Origin: Rhizaria sp. SCN 62-66
Lineage: Eukaryota
Reading direction: 5' to 3'
Assembly: GCA_001724265.1 (NCBI GenBank)
Contig: MEDY01000079.1
Coordinates: 113,245 to 133,244, forward strand
DNA length: 20,000 nt
The stretch's first letter is position 1. The number at the start of each line of letters is the position of its first letter. The notes beneath the pieces are model-generated. The model saw only the letters and a list, made by a program, of their open reading frames with translations, made no database searches and was not told the origin of the DNA. Below are positions 9,774 through 18,382 of this stretch, piece by piece. A program made the position numbers and the translations under genes.

Positions 9774-10323
9774 GTCTGTACTAGCTCAGGTTATTGCTCA
9801 CTGACCGGCAACGTTTTGTTTCTCTGTTTCAAATTCTACTTGTTGTATTACGAATAAACTTTTAAGTTAAGATATCGTGTGTTACTAATGAATATCAAGT
9901 TTTGTATGCTTCGCTGCAATTGTATCTGACATACCTTCTTAAAATTACAATTGTAACCGCAGTCCACGCTCACTCACCACAACTCGTGTCCACACATGAC
10001 GTGAGGTAAGAAAATAGAGAGAACCTTCTGATGTTGAAAGATCTTCAATGTGTTGTCGACATGGTTCATAGTAATTCATCTTTTGATTTGAACTCAAATC
10101 TGTAATTATACCATACGAATTGCTGATCTCCTGTCATAATCACACTTCAAAGGCGACCTAACACCTCGTCAAACCGAAGCCTCGCGAAGGTTCACATTTC
10201 GCAGGTCGGTGGAGTCATATCTCGTTACAACGCGTTGCGTTTTAAAGTGCGACTGTATGCGTATTTTATACGTGTTTTTACATTGCTTATAGTTGATATC
10301 TACCTTGTTTCCTTTGTGTTTAG

Positions 10324-13300
10324 ATGCCTGCTAAAGCACGACGACCTGCGTCAACGAGCAGCCAGTCGTCGCAAGCCACCTCTGGTCCTCCAGAGAGTCG
10401 CCAATTGCAACTCAACCTTCCGCGAATGTCGAGTATTGGTACATTAAGTGTGTCGCCTAACTTAGCGGTGACCAACGCCAACAATACCATTTCCGACGTG
10501 ATTGATATCAGTGACGACTCCAGCTCAGTCAGCACCACGACAACAGCTGCCCCTGATGTGGAGACGATGGATGTCATCAGGCAGTCCACGCAGACTACCA
10601 ACGCTGCGGACGCGATCGAAAAGCCCGCTCCATTGACTCGCACACTAGGTGGCGTCGGCCTGAACCAGTTTGGCGTCTTCAAGCTCGCCAGCAAGACCCC
10701 CGCGGCCACGGCTCCAGCAGCTGCGGCCCCTGCACACGGCCCGCAGCTCCCGCCCGCGCGTTCCGTGTCCACCGCACGCCCGCCGCCGGCGCCCGCCGTG
10801 GCGTCTGCCGCCGTGTTGCCGGCCGCGATTCCCGCTCAGGTGCGCCAGGCGTCGGTGCCGGCCTTCACCGTCGAGCCGGTCTCGGCCAGCGCACTGCGCG
10901 TCTCCGCCAGCTCGCTGCGCGCCGCGGCCGCCGCTGTCACGCCGCGGCGCTCGCCGCGCGCCGCGCTGGGTGACCCGCTCGACGGCGGCAGCGCCCTCAG
11001 CCTCATGTCTGCGCTACCGCCGCCGCCACCACCGCCGCCGCAGGCGCCCGTGGTGCTGGCTGCGCCGGCGCCGCTGCACCGCGAGGCGTCGGCGGTCGGC
11101 GGCCGCTACGGGCTCAAGCGCGCCAACGCGTACACCCTCGGCGATTCCATCAGCTCTGCAACAAGCGCCGCTACAGGCGCAGGCGCCGCTACAGGCGCAG
11201 GCGCCGCTGCGGCGCGCTTGCGGCGCGCGGGCAGCGTCCTGCCATTCGACGGCACCGCTCAGCAGCAGTCCCGCTCGGCGGTCTCGTGGGGGGAAGCCGG
11301 CGACGGCGGCGGCGCTGGTGGTGGCGATATAGCGGCGACGCAGCGCGACGTGTTAGCGACGCAGCGCGATGTGGTGGCGACACAACGCGACGGGCTGCGG
11401 CTGCTGGTCACGCAGTCGGGCGTTGCGGTCTCACAGCAGCACGGCGGCGGCGGCGGTGGCGGGTTCGGACTGCACTCGGTGTCGCAGTGGGACGGCGCGT
11501 GCACGCCGTCTGACCAGCCCGTGCGCGCGCGCAGCGACTTTGAGGTCGCCGAGGAGCTCCACAACCAGCGCGAGGTGCGGCTCGCCACCGCCGCCGCCGT
11601 GCAGCCGCCGGGTCTGCGCGCGCTCCGCGGCCCGCCCGTGCCGCCGCAGCGCGGCCGGCTTACCAGCGGCGTGTCGGCGCTGCGCCGCTTCGACCTCGAC
11701 TCGAGTGACAGCGCGCCCGCAGCGTCTGCGCCTGCGTTCGGCAACGCGGGCCTGCCGCCGCGTGCGCCGCTTAAGACCGCGGCGGCTCCGGCGGCTGCGG
11801 CCGGAGCGGGGCGCGGGCTACTGAGCCAAACCGTGACGTCGATTGACCCTTTTGGGCTCGGTACACAGGGAACTCAGGCTACGCAGAGCGGTGCGGGTGA
11901 TGACGCGGACAACGGCGGCGCGGGCAGCGGCCGCCGCAGCAGCAAGCGGAGCCGGCGCGCGTCGGACGGCCCGCCCGTGCCCGCGCTGCCCACGCTCACG
12001 TTCGGCGACGACGGCGACGGGGACGACGACGCCGCAGTGGAGGGCGATGTTGCGCTTACGCCGTTTGTGCCGCCCCTTTCGGGCGAGACGGCGGCGCACG
12101 ACGACGCGCTCGGGGCCCAGACGGCCCAGATGACCCAGATAGCCCGCGACGCGCGCAAGGACAGCCCTGTGATGTACGCCAGCTCGGGACGCTCGGGCCG
12201 CCCCAGGCCCAGGTCCTCGACGAGCGCCGGCGCTAGTGCCGGTGCGGGTCCCTCCGCGCTACTGGCGCCGAGCGCGCGCGCCGCGACGGCGGCCCGGCAG
12301 TGGACAACGAACCCGTTCGTGCAGTGCGTGGAGGCCTCGGCAGAGCTTGCGGCGCTGGTCGCGGCCCAGGTCCGCGCCGCGCTTGGCTCCGGGCTCGACT
12401 GGGAGCTCCCGCGTGGCGGCGCGGCGCGGACTCTTGTCGCACCGTCGGACCGCCTCAAGGCGTTGCTTGCATCCACGGTGACGAGCTTCAACCTTGAATC
12501 AGTCCCGCTTATTTCCTCCGTCTACGAGACCATTAACAATGACCGCGCAAAAGGTTTGTGCACTTGACTGACATGTTGATCATTTTTTTACTCTGTTCAT
12601 TGATTTCTCCTATATTTGTCTTAACTCACGCCGTCATGTGTATCATCTCTATCGTTTTCATTTACCTCTTGTGTTATAGGTCACTTCGGTGAAATTTTCA
12701 AAGTCATTGACAAGCGCAACGGTTGTCCTTTCGCCGTCAAGCGTCTGCGGCGCGCTGTGACGCAGCTGTCGCAGTACGAACGCGTGATCCAGGAGCCGCA
12801 GGTCTTGGCGCTGCTGCACCTGCCGCTGCGGCCACTGTGGTTGCCATCGCGCTGGAACCCGCACAGTCTGGCGCTGCTGCCGCAATGCGCGTCGTGGGGC
12901 GCGATCCGAGCCCTGGCGCTGGCGTTGGCGCTGAGCGGGTCTGCTGTGTGCGAGAGCACGGCGCGCGCCGACGCGCTGCGCTCGCTGCTGCCCGAGACGG
13001 ACGTTTTTGCGAGGCTCGCGCCAGCTGCGGACGACGACGCGGCGCACCTGCGCACCTCGCTCGGCGGCGACGGCGCCGACGCCGGCCGTGACGCCGGCCG
13101 CGATTCCGGTCGCCGCGCGGCTCCCAGCCCCGCTGTTGCGCAGCTCCTCCCCAGTCTGAGCGCCGACGCGCGCGTGGCCGCGCCCGCGCAGAGCGTGCTC
13201 GTGCCGGGACCGACCTGGGTGTCGGAGCGCATTGTCCACGTCGCCTTTGAGTGGTGCGCGGGCGGCTCACTGGCGGCGCGGCTGCGCGAGTTCCAGCAGA

Positions 13301-15064
13301 CGTCCGCAGCGGCGGCTGTATCCCCCGCGTCGTCGCCACGCGCGCCGTTTATGTGCCCATTCACGACGCTGAACGCACTGCACTCGCTGGCGGCCGCGCT
13401 GACGCGCTGTCACGACCGCGGCATCGCGCATCTTGACGTGAAGCCGGACAACGTGTTGTTGGCGCGCACCGACGCGTCTGGCGCCCCCAGTGTGCGTGGG
13501 CTGAAGCTCGGCGACTTTGGTCTTGCTCGCCCGTTCGACCTCTTCGACCCGGCTCGCGTGCACAGCGGCGAGAAGAAGCCCCTGCACGCCTGGCTCTCAA
13601 GTGCAATTGGTCTCGAGCGGGCGATTGAGAGTGCAGTCTCCCACGCGTTTACGCACCGCGCGCGCATGCTGCCGACGTCCGACGCCGGGCTCGCGGCAGC
13701 GATTGCAGTTCCGGCGCAGGACGCGCCGCAGTGGTCCGACATCGAGGGCGACAAGTGCTACCTCTCCGCCGAAAGCATCGATCCCAGGGTGTGGAAGCTT
13801 CAACGACCCGGGGTGGCACTGCCGCTTGACAAGATTGACATGTTCGCCCTCGGGGCCTCTGCTCTTGAGCTCCACACCGGGCTGCCGCTGCCTGCTGAGG
13901 GCCCCGCGTTTGAGGCTCTGCGCAACTCGCTCTCCGCCGTGAACCTTCCCGATATCTCGACGGCGAGTGACAGTACGCAGGGTTCGTTGCTGCCGAAGAT
14001 GATGCGTCCTGATACTCAAACTGCCTCACTCAGTCCGTTTACTGACGATGTTGCGCGGCTTCAACGCTGCGTTTGCTGCGTTGACGCCACGCCAGCGTTG
14101 GGGACGAGCCCAATGGCGTGTGAACTTTGTGTCGTTTCGCGACAAATCGTTGCCTCAGCGGCTCGGCGCAGTGGCCACAGCTTTGATGTTGAATCCACCA
14201 AGGCTCTCTCGCAGGCGGTTGCGCGTGCCCTAACCCCTGGTCTTACACTAATTTGCCGTTCCTTAATTACATCTCTTATGAGCCGCACAATCTTGGAGAG
14301 GTTCGTACTTATCTGTTGCTATTCTTGATCACTCCTGTTTCGACAAATCACATCGCAATATATAAGTTCGTGGCCATCGTTTTGCTCATTATGAACTGGA
14401 TGGACTTGCTTTCAATTTTTTTAGGCCATCTGCTCCTGTTGTTGTTGAGCTTATTGAAAACACGCTTAGTCGCGCAACAGGTTCTGTGGAAGCAGAGCTG
14501 TTGGCAGTTTTACAAGACACATCACTCCGCCTCCGGCTTGCTTCTTCCGCAGGCATCACACTGTCATTGAGTGTGATCGGTCCACGTCTGGAACGTGCGG
14601 GCTCACACCAACTCGCGAGTATGCTTCTAACCGCGCGGACTGAGTCACTGTTGTCACAAAACTCGACATCGCCAACACAGCCTGTAGCGATGACACAAAT
14701 CCTCCCTCTCGCCGCTGTGAAGAAACAAGCAGCACAAACTCCCGTTGTTGGCCGCCCAGGGCGCGGTGCTGGGAAAATTGGTGCACAAAGCCAAGACCAG
14801 AGCTCACCAACTTTGTCTACGCCATCGAGGCGGGAGCAGCTCAACGGCGAGGTTGAAAGCCTCATTGAGAGTCGCGACAACTTGCTCAGCGAAGTCGAGC
14901 GGCTGCGTGCCGACGTGCTCGTGTGGCAAAATCTGCGTGACTCGCACCAAACAACCACAAACACCGCTTCAGCGCCGCGCGAGCGTTCCTATCTCGGCTT
15001 CACACAAAGCCAGTCGAACACGCAAGAGTCACAAGAGTACAACGCTGGTAGCACATACTGGTAA
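10324..15064 (+). CDS. WEE1: Wee1/Myt1-family CDK-inhibitory kinase; join(10324..12553,12680..14300,14425..15064), ~1496 aa
   Basis: Splicing the two GT-AG introns joins three ORF-track entries in frame (4491 nt). The joins rebuild the Gly loop (AKG|HFGEIFKV..KRNGCPFAVKR) and subdomain XI (ER|PSA). Wee1-type motifs: EWCAGGSL, HLDVKPDN, KLGDFGLA, EGDKCYLSAE, KIDMFALG, LPAEGPAFEALRN. Long low-complexity N-terminus and a coiled-coil-like C-terminal heptad segment (LNGEVESLIESRDNLLSEVERLRAD). Confidence 0.9.
11329..11391 (+). repeat. Degenerate 21-nt coding repeat x3 (IAATQRD-VLATQRD-VVATQRD) in the Wee1 N-terminus
   Basis: Read directly from the DNA and its translation. Confidence 0.9.
12554..12679 (+). 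other. Spliceosomal intron 1 of the Wee1-like gene (126 nt, phase 1)
   Basis: AAG|GTTTGT donor, AT/pyrimidine-rich body, TTATAG|G acceptor. Removal creates the Gly codon of the kinase Gly-rich loop and restores the frame. Confidence 0.92.
14301..14424 (+). other. Spliceosomal intron 2 of the Wee1-like gene (124 nt, phase 2)
   Basis: GAG|GTTCGT donor, T-tract plus TAG|G acceptor. Removal creates the invariant kinase subdomain XI Arg (RPSA) and joins the 14486..15064 ORF in frame. Confidence 0.9.
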
Positions 15065-15240
15065 GCATACGAAGAAATTGTGTGTATTTGACAACTTTTA
15101 CATAGACAATGATAAACTAGAGTCAATATGTCATTAATACAAACGAGAAACGTTTTCAGACAGCATGTTTTCTTGCTTGATATGTAATACGTATAAGGAC
15201 TTTTTAAACATTGATTACTCAGAAAAACGCGTGTTGGATA

Positions 15241-16137
15241 TCATGTGGGCAAGAATGAAGAGAAGTAAATCGATGAAGATGTTGAACTAAACTCTTTGCT
15301 GCACGAGACAGACTTACTGTGTGCTTCAAAGCACGCTGTGACTGTTGCGTCAAAAGGTGACGCTTCAATGTTGGTTATATCACTCCTTTCCGCAACATTC
15401 TTTCCCTTCACACACGAAATAACGCGCCCCACCGGGACAGCTCCCGGCAGCAAACTCGCAGCGCAGGGCTGAAAGACCAGAAAAACGGGGGTATCGTATG
15501 TACCTCGGCCAGCGTGAGTCATTACGCTAGGAATCACCGAGCGCGGATGCATCAGCACCGTGCCGGCGGGATACGTCATCCCAGCTGGGGGCGGAGAATT
15601 CTCACTATAAACGAGGTCACCCAGTGGCAACGTGCATGGTAGCTCAGCGCAGGGAACATCGTTGCTAGGGTGATACAGTGTGACGTAAGGAAGTGCTGCT
15701 GGTGTGTTTTGGGACAGTGCAAAACAACGGTGCACCATATGCCCGAGAGCGCCGTTTTTGGCCGCAGCGCGGAAGTGCGCGGCGTGGGCCGGCAATTTGT
15801 TATCATCGAGCTTGACCACCATCATATAGCCGACGTGCCACGCACGCTGCGGGTCATAGACCTCCGCCCGAAAAACAACATCTGCCTTCACATGCTGCGC
15901 GCCCACCATCGCTGCGGCGCAGATCATGATCCGCGCGCGCGCCCGCGCCTGGAGCAGCGCAAGCGCCGCCGCGGACGGAGCGGTATGGTTCCACTCAGTG
16001 GCGGGAGATATTACTCCCCAACAGTTCACACGCAGCGGGTAGCCGCTCTCTTCGACGCTCTGTCCGATGTACATGTTAAACGAGCCACGCTCACCATCCC
16101 AGAATGGCTGAGCAAACGCACGGACATCGAGCAATGC
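15241..16137 (-). CDS. ORF with a degenerate cyclophilin-like domain (~15331-15882). In frame with the upstream ARM ORF; start and 3' end uncertain
   Basis: By-eye alignment to cyclophilin A: KLPAHAAHFRA vs KVPKTAENFRA; GHMVHRCF vs GSCFHRII; SEN vs DEN; AGTVLM vs PGILSM; GTYDTPVFL vs NTNGSQFFI; LPGAVPVGRV vs LDGKHVVFGKV; KGKNV vs EGMNI; TVTAC vs TIADC, all colinear. First own ATG is at 16074. A consensus donor GTAAGT at 15317 suggests the last ~25 codons may be intronic. Confidence 0.7.
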   Translation of the reverse strand, partial: ALLDVRAFAQPFWDGERGSFNMYIGQSVEESGYPLRVNCWGVISPATEWNHTAPSAAALALLQARARARIMICAAAMVGAQHVKADVVFRAEVYDPQRAWHVGYMMVVKLDDNKLPAHAAHFRAAAKNGALGHMVHRCFALSQNTPAALPYVTLYHPSNDVPCAELPCTLPLGDLVYSENSPPPAGMTYPAGTVLMHPRSVIPSVMTHAGRGTYDTPVFLVFQPCAASLLPGAVPVGRVISCVKGKNVAERSDITNIEASPFDATVTACFEAHSKSVSCSKEFSSTSSSIYFSSFLPT

Positions 16138-17763
16138 CTATCGTCGACGTAACATATCTTCAGCTGTTTCCACGTGTGTTGTCGGTATGAGCGCCATCCT
16201 TTCGAGCAGTGCGCGCAGTTGCCAAAGCTCGTGCAGTGCTGGGCTATCCTGAGTCATACAGTCGGTAAAACGGAGAAGGTCGATTGCCTGCAGTCCACGT
16301 GCTTTTAAAAACGCCGCGGCAAAGGCATTATGAGGCGTCATCCCCTCGGTCATCACAGTAGCATCAGGATCCGTGTCGCCAATGGCGATGAGCTGTCGCA
16401 ACACACGCAGAAGTGTCGCGGCTGTGTCGCAATCGAATCCGCTCGCATCAATGTGTGTGCCATCATCGTTGTCAACACCCAGATTTCTATCGCAAAGGGC
16501 CGCAGCCAGCAGTACGCGGGTGCAATATTCCAACCCGTCTCTTTCAAGTACCAGCTGTACAAGCTCTGGATCATAATCCGTGTCTTTTAAGAGCGCATCG
16601 AGCAAGCGTGTCACCTCGCGGGCAAGACCGGAAACAGCAGAAAATGTGCCCTCAAACACAGAGTCGGCAACTTTGAGACGCGACAGAATCTGAGAGAGAA
16701 AGTCCTCTTGAAGCAACCGCGCTGCTCCACCTGGCACGGCGGCCGCCACACGCGCCATCACCGCGACGAAGAGCGTCTGCACCCGGCCGCCGCTGACCGC
16801 TTCGCTGCCGATCGCGCCGCACAGAGCGGACAGACGCGCCGGTGTAAAAATGCGCGCGAGCATCTCGTCGCTCAGAGAGACGGCGCGGCGCAGCAGAAGC
16901 AGTCGTGAAGTCATTGCAGGACAGTCGCGCTGGGCAGCTGCGAGGTCGCCGTAAGTCACACAGTCGAACGTGTCGCTGAGGGCGAACTCTTCGAAGTCGG
17001 CACAAGAATCGCTGTCCTCAATATCAACACTGAACACGCCCGCAGTAGCGCGAAGAGTGTGCGCACGAACCAAGCCTCGAAATGAAGTCGCAGCTTCACC
17101 AAGACCCCAGCTATGCTTGAGCATGGCGAAGAGCGAGGGAGTGAGAATAGATACGGCGGGGTACAACAAAGATGAACCAGGACTTGTGCAAAGCATAAAA
17201 ACCGCATTGCAACACTTGGTATACATCACAATGTCTGTGATAGAGTTACTCTCTGTCTCCTGTGCCAGCCGGATACGCGGCATCAGATCCTGGTGCAAGT
17301 AAGCGCTGAGATAGGTCAGGGAAGAATTCTTGGCTGCCAAAGAGAGCAAAGCAAGGGTTGAGTACCTTGAGCACAGTCGGGCGGTTGTACACATCACATT
17401 GTGTGCCAGTATAGTTGTTGACCCCGTTAAAAGTGAGCATAACCCTTCGAAAGCGCCTCCCGTGGCAAGCATGGAGCAGCCTTGGTTCGAGGCAGAGATA
17501 CTACCAAAGATGGCGACGATGGAGTCACGCCGGATCTCAGCAGCCAAATCTCCGGTGAGGGTCAACGTCCGCGTCAAGAAATCAACCGTTTCAACCATCA
17601 CGGGCATCCCTGGATTATTGTGCTCGTTAAAATAGCTATCAATGACCGATTGAAACCTGTTGACGGTGGTAACGCTTGGGGACAGAGACATGACATCGGC
17701 CAGAGCCGTCGCAAATGCGTTCATCACATGCGGTGTTGCATTCGCATGTGCACCAAGACTCAT
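16138..17763 (-). CDS. Divergent ARM-repeat (importin-alpha-like) protein, copy 1, ~541 aa to the TAG
   Basis: Long helical amphipathic ORF; most likely ATG at 17763 (MSLGAHANA...), where composition shifts from AT-rich. The C-terminal LLRVLRQLIAIGDTD...NAFAAAFLKARGLQAIDLL resembles the importin-alpha terminal repeat pattern (LE.LENIL.VGE...N.YA..I.E.GGLEKIE.LQ). No basic IBB domain is visible. Confidence 0.65.
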   Translation of the reverse strand: MSLGAHANATPHVMNAFATALADVMSLSPSVTTVNRFQSVIDSYFNEHNNPGMPVMVETVDFLTRTLTLTGDLAAEIRRDSIVAIFGSISASNQGCSMLATGGAFEGLCSLLTGSTTILAHNVMCTTARLCSRYSTLALLSLAAKNSSLTYLSAYLHQDLMPRIRLAQETESNSITDIVMYTKCCNAVFMLCTSPGSSLLYPAVSILTPSLFAMLKHSWGLGEAATSFRGLVRAHTLRATAGVFSVDIEDSDSCADFEEFALSDTFDCVTYGDLAAAQRDCPAMTSRLLLLRRAVSLSDEMLARIFTPARLSALCGAIGSEAVSGGRVQTLFVAVMARVAAAVPGGAARLLQEDFLSQILSRLKVADSVFEGTFSAVSGLAREVTRLLDALLKDTDYDPELVQLVLERDGLEYCTRVLLAAALCDRNLGVDNDDGTHIDASGFDCDTAATLLRVLRQLIAIGDTDPDATVMTEGMTPHNAFAAAFLKARGLQAIDLLRFTDCMTQDSPALHELWQLRALLERMALIPTTHVETAEDMLRRR

Positions 17764-18382
17764 TTTAAAATTATCTTGCGCCACAAAAGCTATCCCCGTC
17801 CAGATGAGCTTGTTGGAGTTCTTGAAACGTGCAATCGTATCAACACGTTGTGAGTGAGGGTACAACAAAGAGAAATAGCAATCACGAAATGTACCTTCGA
17901 CAAAAAGAGCGTATATTTCGATGTTGATCATATATATTCGTGCGAAAGCTGTTATATGCGTGCGGTCTTCATTGACGTTCGTAAAACAGAGGTATCTCGT
18001 TAAGAACGAGGAGTTGGAAGAGAGAAAGAGCATCTTGCAATCCACCACAAATAGAAATCTAACCGCACAAACATGTTCATCTTGCTTTAATGAGCGGGAA
18101 ATGAATCGACCACCAGATAAAATTGCGTAATTTGTATGAAAGTACTTGTAAATAATGCGTGCATGATTATATTCCGCTTATATCCTCATTTCTCTCATAA
18201 TATTGTCAAGTTGTTGAAGAGACCGGCAAAAAAGCGTTGCAGCGCAGTATTAAGGTAACTTGCCACAATAACAATAGTATCTGCAAGACTCAGTCGTTGC
18301 ATTAAAACCGTTCTTAAAGTATTGACGCAGCGATCTGTACACGATCGAATACAAAAAGGCATGACGAAGGTCAGTTCGTTAG

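Noticed and set aside
9945-9956. Short palindrome TTACAATTGTAA (similar: TTAACATGTTAA near 19472, CTCACGTGAG near 19257)
   Set aside because: 10-12-bp palindromes in AT-rich spacers are compatible with chance.
10324-15064. Three separate genes (747, 523 and 192 aa ORFs)
   Set aside because: Two canonical introns join them in frame and rebuild conserved kinase motifs at both junctions.
16138-16140. Genome-wide reassignment of TAG (or TAA/TAG) to an amino acid
   Set aside because: Most inferred stops here are TGA, but roughly 4,400 codons of GANAB, ABCA and Wee1, including many CAA/CAG codons, contain no in-frame TAG or TAA. Reassignment is unlikely, though a genome-wide codon analysis would be needed to exclude it.
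17764-18048. 95-aa N-terminal extension of ARM copy 1
   Set aside because: AT-rich, with intron/UTR-like composition and a donor-like AAG|GTACAT followed by a pyrimidine tract. The ATG at 17763 is a better start, though this is not proven.
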